A DNA stretch of 64,000 nt from Vicugna vicugna (Eukaryota), in the NCBI GenBank assembly GCA_013265495.1, contig MU058000.1, forward strand, positions 992,001 to 1,056,000, in the 5' to 3' direction. Positions 52,656 through 64,000 of the stretch are shown here, piece by piece (position 1 is the first letter of the stretch; each line of letters opens with the position of its first letter). Under the pieces are notes generated by a model. That model was not told the DNA's origin. It made no database searches and saw only the letters and a program-made list of their open reading frames with translations. Position numbers and translations under genes: made by a program.

Positions 52656-54239
52656 CTTTTTACAAAGCAGTAATCCTCTTGAAGTAAGAACTTATTAATC
52701 CTCATTAAATCTGAACTTAAATTTATCAAAGAAATATATTTCACCCATTAGAATAAAGGAAAGAAGTAGAAGGCAAGAATGTGTAGGGTTAAAACAGAGG
52801 TCTGCTGTGCCTAAAAAATGGGAGAAAAATACTATCTGGGGGTGACAACATCTGGGAGTTTTTGAGGCCAGATCACCTAGTTTAGTGAATAACAGGCATT
52901 TGTAGTTTCAGTGTCTGTTTCTTCTGTGTCATTTACGGCATGGAGGAACTCCTGCCTGACCCTCAGACCACCTGAAATAATATTTGGTGGCCTACTGCAG
53001 GGGCGGGGGTGGGGTGGGGTGGTTGCAGAAGTGAATAATGATGAATAGTGCTTGTGTTGGTCAATGGCTTCACACAATAGAAGGAAAGGAGCAGTGCATA
53101 TAAAGGGGCAGTGCGACCACCCCAAGGACAGGAACCACACTTCTCCCAGACTTATTTTGCCGTCGTCAAAAGCACAGCAAGGCTCTGAGCATGGGAGGTC
53201 TGTGGGTGGGGTGAACTCTGAACCATACGTGGGTATCAGGTGCCTGGGCTGAAGGGAATTGGGAATAGGAAAGGTCACCTTTCGTTTCTGTTTTCGTTCT
53301 TTTCTTTGCTTTCAAAGCAAAATGAGAGTCTTAAGTCAAACCAAGAATTTTCCCCTTCTCTTGAGGGAAAATCCGGTTCATGGTAAGAGTAATTACAGCG
53401 TAGCTAGAAGCAGAGGCTTTCCAAGTTTACTGAGAGGTTGCTACAGCGTGCAGACAAGTGGGAACGAAACGGTTAAACCACGAAGACTGCGGCGTCACAG
53501 TTGGGTTAGGGCCTCTGACTGGGCAACACACAAAGGGCACAGAAGACATGGTTTCTCACCAGTGAGGGAGATGTTAACCACATAGATTCTTCATACATTT
53601 TTTTTTACCATTTTTTGGTTGCATAATCACTCTGTGCAAAGTCTGGATTTTGAACAATCGCATATAGTAATTGTAGTCTCTGCAAAAGGTCTATGAACTC
53701 TGAAGGCTTCTATGTAGAAGGGAACACAGATGATCAGAGAAGAGTGGAAAACCTGGAGGTTAGAAAAGGATTTGTGTGAGAACCAAGACAGAGAGATTTC
53801 TTGTGTTTTCTTGGATTTGGAAGCAAAGAACTGTCTTTTCCTAGAACACCTGGAAAGCAAGACTTAGGGCCTAAAGGCAGATGGTCATGGTGTGGCTTCA
53901 TTGCTATCTTTAAAAAGAATTCTCTGTATAAAAATATTCCACCACTTAATATAAACATTTGTGGGATTTTTTTTTTCATTTTATCACCCATGCTTCTACT
54001 TTCCTCTAGTGGAATCATTGCGCCCAGAAGAAGGAGAGAATTATAGTGATACACATGTGCCAGATATTTTGCATATATTATTTAATTTTCTTGTGTTATT
54101 CATTGAATATTGATTGAGAACTACGGTGTACCTGGCACTGTGCTACACCAACAGGTCTCTTGATATTAAAGCCCATAGTCCATGCATTTGTGAATCTAAT
54201 AAGGTAGATGGACATTAATTAAATCAAGGTTTACATATG

Positions 54240-55055
54240 AAGACTCTGGTACCAATTCCAGTGTGTTTGTGTGTGTGTGTGTATGTATGTGGTTTCCCAC
54301 GCTACCAAGCAATTCTCTAACATCAACTGGGTATCCTACAATTGAACTCAATTCTGACACTGTCTACCCAGAGATGACACCAGATTCCACAGGTTAAGGG
54401 CTCAGCCTGACAAGCCTTCCACGTCAGATGCCAATCACAGGTCCAGGTTGCTACTTGTGTTTCTGCAGGCATGGCTATAAATCAGAGGTTCCCACAACTT
54501 CCCTCCCTGGTTTTGATTAATTTGCTAGAGTGGCTCACAGGACTCATAGAAACATGTTACCTACTAAGTGATTACCAGTTTATTATAAAAGGATATAACT
54601 GAGCAGCAGCCAGATGGAAGAGATGCTTAGGGCAAGGTAGGGGGAGGGATACAGAGCTTCCATGCCCTCTCCCAGAGCCTCATTCTCCCAGAATTTCCAC
54701 GTGTTCACTAACCTGGAAGTGCTGCGAACATTTTGGGGTTTTACATAGAGTCCATCACAAAGGCACGGATTGATTAAATCACTGGCAGTTGGTAACTGAT
54801 TCAATCTCCAGCTCCTCTCCCCTCCCTGGAGGCTGGGCGGGGCAGATGAGGAGCTGAAAGTTCCAAGCCTCTATTTACCAGATTGTCGCCACTGGCAACT
54901 GGCCCTCTTCCTTAGGTGCTTTCCAAGAGTTACCTCATTAACATAACAAAAGACACCTCGATGAACCTCAACACTTAGGAAATTCCAAGAGTTTCAGCTT
55001 TGTGCCCGAAATGGTCAGGAAGACCAAATACATATTCTCATAAACTGCAGTATGA
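54240..55055 (-). mobile_element. Solo LTR (MER21-like), inside an L2 remnant
   Basis: caattctgacactgtctacccagagat...ccacaggttaagggctcag...ttgattaatttgctagagtggctcacag...ggaaattccaagag; L2-like flanks at ~54090-54235 and ~55060-55340. Confidence 0.8.
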
Positions 55056-55508
55056 CGCACACAGATAGATGGCCGTCTACATAATGACAAAGGAAGTTCT
55101 GTGGCTCAGCAGCTGGATGGAAGGCAGAAGGAGAATGAAATGGGTGGGAGGCAGCCACACGAAGCTCCTGAGTCTAGTCTGGGACGCACAGAACATGAGC
55201 TGCCTTTCTCTGAGATGCCAGGTGGAGGGGTGAGTAAGTCCAGGTTTAGGGGGAAGTCTGGACTGGGGCTGTAACTTCTGATTTTCATTGGCATATGGTA
55301 TTTAAAGTCATGACAAAGGATGAAATCATTTTGGCAGAGGAAAGAGTACAGAGTACCACTTTAGAATGCAGCCTTGTTGAAACTACTGGGAAGACAAGTA
55401 AAACGAGGACTGGTGACACTCTTTGGACTTAATGACAGGGAATGACTGGCTTCTTTGGAAGGCATTCAGTCAAGGGAGCAAATGACACTCCCCTATTCCC
55501 CACACTCA

Positions 55509-55516
<8 letters not shown>

Positions 55517-55548
<32 letters not shown>
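55517..55548. repeat. (TG)16 microsatellite
   Basis: Directly visible. Confidence 0.95.
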
Positions 55549-55552
<4 letters not shown>

Positions 55553-56929
55553 GGCATTGCCCATTTACAAATCTTGCTTTCCTGGCCATTTAAAATTTTA
55601 TCTCTTTTTTTTTTATTTGTTCATGTCATCATTACACTTAAAGGAGAGAAATTACTGTCATCCTTCAAATTCCTCTTCAAAGACGTATATATGGGAAATC
55701 CATCAAGTAACTAGTCAATAAAAGAATGAAAGGTAGCGAGAAGCAGCTAACTTGTCTCTTAGACCCACTTCCTGGTTCTCACTGTGTCCTTCCCTACCAG
55801 GCAGGCCTTGAAATGGGGATGCTTTTTGTGTTTTGTGGGAGCTGGTTAATCAATGTCAAACTCCACATTTTCTGGCCCATTGTCCTGTGAGATACCTTTG
55901 TACCAGTAAGATTGTGTGTCCCGGTGTTTTCTGCATAAGGAGAAAGGAAGGGTTTTCCGTCCTGAGAGGCAGGCTTGATGGTCTTGGCCCTCTACCACGC
56001 TTGGTGCCAGTGGTTTGAGCAGCATCTTGTCTAATCCTTTCTCTTTCCCTCTAGCATTCGCTGAAGCATTAAACATAAACTCATCCATAATGGAAGCACA
56101 GCACTGGCAGGGTCTGCATCCTCTGCAGTGGAAAACAAATGACTGTTCTTTTGATTGCTGTGATCTCCATTGACTTCGGGACTTCTAAACTTCTAGAAGA
56201 ATGTCCCGAGGTTAAGATTTAGAATAGAGAGAGAATGCAACATCAGTTTGCATAATATTCTTCCTTGAAGCTGCATCACAGAATTCTTCAGCTGTAAGCG
56301 GGGAGCCAATGGAGAATGCATTACCGAAGGCAGCTGGACTGGGGCATCTATAAAGGTGCAAGCTGCAGAGGGCAATTGAGGGGCCTGGGCCAGGGAGAAA
56401 GACGTATTTGCTGACACTTTTTTTTCCTTCGGGAAAATGAGCTAGTGACAGCCAGCAGCCCCTTTGTGAGAGTCGAGGGAGAGAGTTCTGAGGGCTGCAT
56501 GGCGCTCAGGGTGGCTGGCAAACGGAGTGAAGGGGATGGGACCCTGATCCTGAGCACAAGAGCTTCCTGGCTCAGGACTTAGATCCTCCCAGTGGCTTCA
56601 CTACAGAGACTAGAAATGCACTCCAGGAACACCTGGAGGATATTTGGAGGGCTGTCTTGTGTACAAGTCTAGCAAGGGCTGTCGCAGCCTTGAACAAGAG
56701 CCTTCAGGGGAATAATTCCACACAGAGTGATGCCTGGGTTAAATTTTGGAAGAATGGGGCTGCGAATAGTTATCACTTCCTGAGATCAACTTTGTGTCAG
56801 GCAATGAACTAAGGTTTTTCTTACTTATATTATGTCTTTTAATCCTTAGAACAAATGCACAAGGTAGATGTTCACTCTTCTATAGGTAAGAAACTGCAGG
56901 CAGAGAGATTCACGCATTCAACAATAATA

Positions 56930-57185
56930 ATTATAATAATAGCTAGTATTTATTGGATACGTGCTATGTGCCAGACCCTGTTCTAAGTGCTCAGCTGGAT
57001 TATTTCATTTCCATCTTCATAACAACCCTAAGAAGTACTTACCATTTATGTCGTCACTTTACAGATGGAGAAGTCAGGCAGAAAAAGTTTAAGTCGCTTT
57101 CCTCAGGCCACATGGTCAGTCAATGTCAGAGCCAGGGTTCAAATCCACTTAGTCTGACCCATATTCTGAGACCTTCACTATGACA
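56930..57185 (-). mobile_element. MIR SINE inserted in another MIR fragment
   Basis: tatgtgccagaccctgttctaagtgct...cactttacagatggagaagtcaggcaga...cagggttcaaatcc; further MIR pieces at ~56770-56915 and ~57290-57370. Confidence 0.8.
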
Positions 57186-58009
57186 TAACTTGAGTGTCAG
57201 TCATGCTCCCAGAACCAGGCTGGGCACTAGGGCCAGAGTATAAACAAGGCAGACATGATTCCGACCTTCACAGAACATACTTCCTAGTGCTAGAGAGATT
57301 AGATGAGCTGTCTAGGGCCACACAGCTATTCTGGGTTGGAAGTTTGGACTGACGGCTTTCAAAAAGTCACATCTTACAGGGCATCCGAGCACCACCCAGA
57401 TATTCCCCAGCATGACTGATAAGGACTCTTAAACCCCGGGAGCCCCCTGCTGCCCTCCTTATTCTCCTAGTCGGTGCTCTGCTTTTTTATCTTGTTTCTT
57501 CATCTTCCCTCTCCTTGTCTCTCCAACTTTATTCTATATTCCTCAACCTAATGTAGCAAATCTGCACAGAGCTCAGACTGAAGGGATGGAAAGTGTCACG
57601 GCACTTTGTTTTTTCTGTAACCTGAGGGACTCTGGAGCATGCAAGCTTCTCTCACGGTGTCCAGCCCTGAAATTCTGACTTCAGGTATGTACCGCGGCAG
57701 CCTCCGTCTGAAGGAAGGAGCCCACTATCTTAAGGATTAGCTCCTCTCAGCATTAACTTCTGAGGCGTTGCCTCTCTTCCTCCAAGGACCCGCACTGTCA
57801 CTCAGTCACTCACTCCCTCATTTGACACTTATTAAGTTCTTACTATATACCAACCAAACACTGACGTGGAGGGCTGAGTAAGCCATTGATGAGGCCCCAA
57901 GGAGCTCACTTTCTAGCGAGGCAGACACCCCTGATTAATGCAACATCAGAGAGCGAGGCAAAGGGTTGTGGAATGTGGAAAATAGCTGGTATTTATTGAG
58001 AAGTTGTAG

Positions 58010-58514
58010 TAGCCTTGGAGGTACACAGCTCAGGTCTCCCTTCAAAAGGGACCCAGAGGCAAGGTTCCTAGTTAGCTGACAAGCCCCAGAGGCTACACCT
58101 TTGGGATCCATTGTGCTGTTCACAAGGAGGACATGTTCTTCCCATGTTGCTGCTAGCTAGAGACTGAAGTCAGTGGAGGGGCTAGTGGTGGGACGTTTCT
58201 GCCCAATACAGAGCTCCTCTAAGGGGGCACTCTTTGCTCTAGAGTGCCCCATCCCCTGCCTGGATCCTCACAGAGCTGCACCACAGTCTGACACCCCAAC
58301 ACCCAACCTTCCTCCCTCCCTCCCTCCCTTCCTTCCTTCCTTCCCCTTCTCTTTCCATGGGTGTCAGACCTAGCCTGCATCATGGTCCGAAGACTCTTCT
58401 TGCTTACTCCTGCTCCCTCTCCTCTTTATCTGTCACCAGTGGTTCCTTCCGTAGATGTCTTGTGCTTCTAACTCTGTCTTAGCATCTGCTTCTTGGAGGA
58501 CCTGAGCTGACTCA
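58010..58514 (+). mobile_element. ERVL solo LTR (LTR33/LTR16-like)
   Basis: Terminus tctaactctgtcttagcatctgcttcttggaggacctgagctgactca. Confidence 0.65.
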
Positions 58515-58519
58515 GGGGG

Positions 58520-58890
58520 TGATCATCAGGATAGGCTTGATTATGCTGTAGTAGCAGATTAATCTCAGAATCTCAATAACTTAACACGGCAAGTATGATT
58601 TCTCTCACACTCTACATCCAATGTAGGTTGGAGCTCTGTTACTCTGGTATCTAAGCTGACAGGTCCTCAGGCCTCTACCTGACTTCAAGACATGCCATGA
58701 AGAGATCCAGAGGGAGACAGAACTTTTATAACTAGGTCTGGACATGACTTAAATTACCTCTGCCCATATCCCATTGTCCAGAACTCAGTCACATGGTCCC
58801 AATTAACAGCAGCCTGTGAAGTGTCATCTTCTTGTGTACAAGCCCAGGCTGAGACAATATTGCAGGGAATAAGCATTGTCTGTGCTTCAA
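58520..58890 (-). mobile_element. Old MaLR LTR (MLT1K/L-like)
   Basis: tcaggataggcttgattatgctgtagtagca...cccattgtccagaactcagtcacatgg. Confidence 0.65.
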
Positions 58891-61800
58891 GTGGTCACAA
58901 TGTGCAAAGCCTTATCTATTTGCTAAGGGTCAAATTATTTCTATTTTATGAATGGGGCACCCAAGGCTGAAAGAGGTCAAGTATTTTTCCCAAGGTCACA
59001 AAATTCTCAAGAGGTAGAGCCACAACTGAGAGTCACATTATGTCTGACTACAAATTGTGCTTTTCGCCACTCTTCTATGGGCACAAAAGAAATGACTGTA
59101 TGCCAGGGGATTGTTGGTGGCAGACAGGTCTCTAAATCTTGACTCTACACACCCCAGTCTCTCGAGAGATTGTTGAAGCTTCTGTGAAATGTCTGAGACA
59201 CAGGAAACAGGACTGAGACTTATGCCAACCCCATGATACTTCGCTGCTGCATTTTCATTTCTGAATAGGAAAGATAGTATTTGAGTGGTACTTCTTCCCA
59301 CATCTCCAACCAGGAGGCAGGAGGAAAATATTTGTTCGGTTTTCATGTCTTTGGGTAGAACAGACCAAATGGCCAAAAAAAAAAAAATGAGTTGAACAAG
59401 TTTGGGAGCTCTCTGTCTTTTTTGCCTTTTGATTGTAGTTAATAGTTTTAAGGAGTGCTACAAAATGCTGTGGCTTTTGAAAGAAATGCTTTTTGCCCGG
59501 TTTCTTTCTGACCAAGGTTTTGAGAAAAGAAAACTATAAATAGCTGACTATAAAAGAAAATTGCTGCTGTGATCTGCGAAGAAAGAACGAGAAATACAAA
59601 AGGACCGCCCTGAGAGGTTTTCAAATAAAAATTATGGTTCCCCTCCCAGGGTCTTAAGATTGCTACTTCTTGGAAGATGGAAAGGGCAGGGATGTGAAGG
59701 ATGTTTCCCCTCTCTTGTTTATTTTCAAGGGTGTTTTAACTTAGTTGCTTTTATTCTATAGAACTCAGAGCTCTTCACATCTGTTAATGTTTTAAGTGAA
59801 ATGAATTTTCCCCTGCAAAGTAAATAATTTACGGATAGAGGTTTATTATTTGTAAAGCAGTCATCCAGTTCTTTTCGTTCTCTGTATCTCTTTTTTTCCC
59901 TCTCTCCTGACCTCGTGTGTCCTTTGGAACAGGTGTGTTGAAGTGGAGGAGAGAGAAAAACTGAGGTGCAAAGGAAAATTGGCATGAGTTTGACTTTAAA
60001 TGGATAGTGCCCTTTTGTTTATTTCTCACCAATAAACCATTTTCAGTTTCTTGCCAAAATGTTTGTTCGCTATTGATTAAACTTTACATTTTTATTACCC
60101 AGAATTGACTGTAATGTTTATGAAAATGGGAGGTGAAAAGAGACACTTCTCTGTGAGTTGTTCTGTTTTCCTATAACCAAAGGGCCTCCCTAAGCCGAAA
60201 TCATCTCTTCGTTTGAAATGCAGTTCTTATCAACTGGAAGTAATTGGGCTGCAGCTCAGATGTGCAGCGGCTGTTTAGAACAACACGTAGAGCTCTATTT
60301 ACTCTGTGTTATTGGTTTGATATGAAAGTTGGCTTCCTGAGGTTGTCTCAAAACAGAAAGCCTGGGAAACTGTGATCTCTGGGTTCAGTGAAGACAAACT
60401 GCTTTAGGTTTTAGGGACCCGCTGATACGCATGCACGCTTATACTTTCTTTCGAGTAACATCTATCTTTTGTTCCGGGGACCCTCCCTGCCCCTGTGGAC
60501 AGAGCACAGGGACTGATCTTAGCCTTGAAAAATTGATGGGTTTCTGTGGAATTGTCTCTTGGTGGCTGGTGGGAACTCTGTTGGAATCAGGGAAGGAGAG
60601 GAAGCCTGTCTCCAAGATCAAAGTCATCCTGACAACCTGACACAGAGAGAGGGGGATAAAAAGGAAGTTGGAAATAAGAGAGAATAAAGTCAGAGAGGAA
60701 ACTTGCCCAGGGGCATTTTAGACAGAGATCTTACGATATTAACATTTCCCTTGTTTTTTTTTTTTAAGATGAAATAAATTGCTTTTCAGTGACCCTGAAA
60801 GTCATTGCTGTGGCTTAATATGGCCAAGGTAGAATGACAGGAGGAATGAGACGGGCATAGACTTGGGAGAGCAGTCAGAAATGTGTACATCTTAGTAAGC
60901 CTGAACATTTGTAGCAAGTTCAGGCTGAGTCAAACTGACTGTTCCCAGAGTTTAGTTTAGCTGTCAGCCTCCGGGTCCAATTAGGAGGCACATTGGATTA
61001 AGAGCCAGAAAACAGGATGTAACCTTCATTCTGTCCCTAGTTAAATAATTTGTTGCATAACCTCATTGATCTGTGCCTCAATGTCATTATCTATAAAATC
61101 AAAGATTTGGGCTGGATGACCTGTAATATCCAAGGTTCTAGCTAACTATGTGAAGCATGATCCGTCTCTGACTAGAACTCCTATTATCTGTTTTGGTTAA
61201 GAAGTCTATGAATGCATGTTCTTCCTCTGGGCTAGGCACTGTGGAGGGGATGGAGAGGGTACAAGGAGATAAAAAATCTATTCCTTGTGTTTCTGTCAGT
61301 CCCATGTGAGGCAGAACTGTGACTTTTTCAAATCACTTGACTCCCCAGAGTCTAGGCAGTGCCTGACATGCTGAAGTGCCTCCAGAGAGGAGCTCTTTGG
61401 AAGCAGCGTGCTCTATAATTTCCTAAATTCATCTTCTGATTTTATCCTGGCATTAGGAGGAAAATTGTCTGATTTAACTTATTTGCCCTGGTGTGTGCCT
61501 ATTTGGTAGCTCCACAATCCTCCATTTAAAAAAAAAAATAAATGCTGCTCACTAAACTAATAAAATCTTTGGTGAAATTTTAAGAGGAGTGACAAAGGGA
61601 GATGAACATAGTTTAGAACTGTAAGGGCAAGTGTATTTATGTACCATGTTTCCCGGGTTATGAGGTGTATTTTTGCTTAAGGGGCTAGCCCCAGCAATCT
61701 AAACTATTTTTCCTTTTCAGCTCCTTCCATGCCTCCAACATTTGAACACACACTTGGTTTCAGTATTTTCAAAAGGGCTCCAAAGCTCTGGGAAGGTTGG

Positions 61801-62454
61801 AAGGGATGGAGTGTTTAGCGTCTGGGATTGGAGTGGTGGTGGGCATCTGCTTGTAAGAAATACTATAGGTCCTGTTTTATGTAAAGCACCTGCTCGGATT
61901 GCAATTTGTATATTTTGGTCTGCTTTCACAGTTGACAGTTTAAATTCTGCTCAGTTATTAAGTATCCAATATCTCAGGATCATACAAGCAGATAGAACCT
62001 CAACATTTTTATTAATTTTTTTTTTCAGAGCTATCTTTCCACAAATGAAATGTAACAGGAATCTTTAGGCACCAGATTTGATAAGCCTAACAGGGACATG
62101 GAATTTCACCAGTAGCTGTAACAAATGAGCAGGCAGCAAATGGGTCTTTAAACTCCAAAGAACCTCGTGGGATGGAGGGGATGGTGCTTTATTGTTGGTG
62201 CAAGGCGCTAATTGGAAAGACCTAGGAGATCCACATTCTATTAATCACAAAAGGGACCTTGCCAGCTCCTGACGTGTGTGACTCCTTTTGGGCTGCAAGG
62301 ATTCTGGTCCTAAGGGATAGAACCACAGTTTGAGTAGACATTTTTGTTTCTGCACAGTCTGATCTGTAGCATAGACTTTTGATGCCCCTTTTTACATAGA
62401 CATCTCAGAATGCCTTAAAAATATTAGTTGATGGTCCTCTCAGGGGTCTGAGAT

Positions 62455-62645
62455 GATAATAAAAGTTATTATTGATTAAATTCCTATGGCAAGATGCTTT
62501 TCACGCATTTTTCTCTAAGCCTTATTACAATCTTGTAAAAGGGATCTTAGGACCTCTGTTTTACAGTTAAGGAAAGTAGCACTCAGGACAGACGAGTAAC
62601 TTGTCCAAAGTCACATAGTTACTAAGCTGTAGAACTGGCATTTCT
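62455..62645 (-). mobile_element. MIR SINE
   Basis: ttttacagttaaggaaagtagcactcag...taacttgtccaaagtcacatag. Confidence 0.7.
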
Positions 62646-62833
62646 GGAAGATTCAACTGCAGCGTTGGTTGTTGGGGGAAGGGGAGTCACTAGTGCTCTC
62701 CACATTTGGAAGATAAAGGGGAGATTAAGTTTGAGAAGAGATTGTTTGAAAAATTATGATTTCGTTAAAAACAGAGAATACCAAAACCAAAACCCACTTA
62801 ATTACATTAAAATCACCTGATACATTATATAGT

Positions 62834-63093
62834 ATAGTACTTTTTAAACTGTACTTTGCAACCCAATAATGGGTCGTGAAATTTATTTGTTATGTCTCAA
62901 ACACTTTAATTTTAGTGAGATAGAGTAGAATAAAATAAAATGGAAGAGAAAAATGCCAGAGGGCAACACATGGAGTAAAGATGAGCAGCTTCTGAAAACA
63001 CGTGTGCATATGTATGTATGTGTGTGTTGGGGCAAGAGGGAGAGCATATTACTTTACTGTGGATTATGGTGAAAAGAATATGAAAAATACTTA
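62834..63093. mobile_element. Possible old hAT-Charlie-type MITE
   Basis: Degenerate termini tagtactttttaaact / gaaaaatactt; internal gcaacccaataatgggtcgtgaaa. Confidence 0.4.
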
Positions 63094-63452
63094 AGCGATC
63101 TCCTTAATAACCCTGACTCTCACCCATCCATTTTTAGAAATACATACCCCAGTCCTTCCCCTTAGAAGTAACTATTGCTGTCCCTGGGCGTGATGCATAG
63201 CCCACTCTCACAAGAACCTGAGGGCCAGAGAATTTCTTGGGATGAACTAAGCACTAGAGCAGTGACCCTGGGTGTTACAAACATTAATAGAGATAGAAAG
63301 ATGACTCCTAGGTTGATTGATCAAACCCTCTGATCTTGATTATCTTTGTCTTGGTTACTTGCTTTAATTTTGGTCATATTGCATTTGTGTGAGTGTGCTT
63401 ATAGAAGACCTCAATTGTTTATTTGAAGAAGGTATAATATAAACAAATAAAC

Positions 63453-64000
63453 CTACAGCCATTATGGGAAACAGTACTGAGATTGTTCAAAAGACTAAAG
63501 ATAGACTTACCATTTGATCAGCAATCCCACTCCTGGGCATGTATCCAGAGGAAACTCTAATTCAAAAAGATATATGCACCCCAATGTTCACAGCAAAACG
63601 ATATACAATAGCTAGGACATGGTAGTGACCTAAATGTCCTTCGACAGATGACTGGATAAAGAAGCTGTGGTATATTTATACAAAGGAATACTACTCAACC
63701 ATAAAAAAGAATAAAATAACACCATTTGCAGCAACATGGATGGACCTAGAGATCGTCATTCTAAGTAAAATAAGCCAGAAAGATAAAGAAAAATACCACA
63801 TGATATCACTCATATGTGGAATCTAAAAAAACAAAAAAAGGACACTATGAACTCATCTACAAAACAGAAACAGACTTGCAGGCAGTAAACAATCTTATAG
63901 TTACCAGGGAGAGGGAGTGGGAAGGGATAAATTTGGGAGTTTGAGATTTATAAATGTTAGCCAGTATATATAAAAATAGATTTAAAAAAGTTTCTACTGT
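63453..64000 (+). mobile_element. Young LINE-1, ORF2 end and 3' UTR, runs off the window
   Basis: cagcaatcccactcctgggcat...gcagcaacatggatggacctagag...cactcatatgtggaatctaaaaa; same family as 43832-45213 in opposite orientation. Confidence 0.95.

Noticed and set aside
58314..58328. (GGGA)n G4 motif on the minus strand
   Set aside because: Part of a simple CCCT/CCTT repeat within an old LTR; common.
1..64000. Short ORFs of the six-frame track as host genes (e.g. 4815..5369, 21074..21532, 39762..40190, 52877..53278)
   Set aside because: No recognisable domains, low-complexity composition, many overlap TEs, and many use non-ATG starts; consistent with chance ORFs in non-coding mammalian DNA.
1..64000. 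CRISPR array, operon or prokaryotic defence system
   Set aside because: No regularly spaced repeat-spacer array and no gene-dense architecture; the sequence is eutherian.
43832..64000. Inverted pair of same-family L1 copies as a functional dsRNA element
   Set aside because: About 18 kb apart and ordinary for mammalian genomes; no evidence of co-transcription.

Overview
Mammalian genomic DNA, most likely camelid (alpaca/camel lineage), judged from two copies of a Vic-1-like tRNA-derived SINE and matching young L1 3' ends. The window is AT-rich, CpG-depleted and repeat-dense, and looks intronic or intergenic. I recognise no host protein-coding exon. The only ORF-track entries with recognisable homology are broken LINE-1 ORF2 fragments (44503-45213). 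Interspersed repeats (L1, L2, MIR, MaLR/ERVL/ERV1 solo LTRs, Tigger and hAT MITEs) cover much of the window. Subfamily names are from recall and need RepeatMasker/Dfam confirmation. I found no convincing new multi-gene system. The most interesting unexplained structure is a ~138-bp insert at 17864-18001 that I cannot match to any TE. It has an exact 18-bp flanking duplication, a poly(A) remnant, an L1-endonuclease-type site and an internal hairpin, so it is a candidate retrocopy of a small structured RNA. Other notable items are a three-level nested insertion, a tail-less L1 fragment, an ACGTG (HRE-core) cluster, a four-tier G-quadruplex motif and a possible promoter with non-coding exons.
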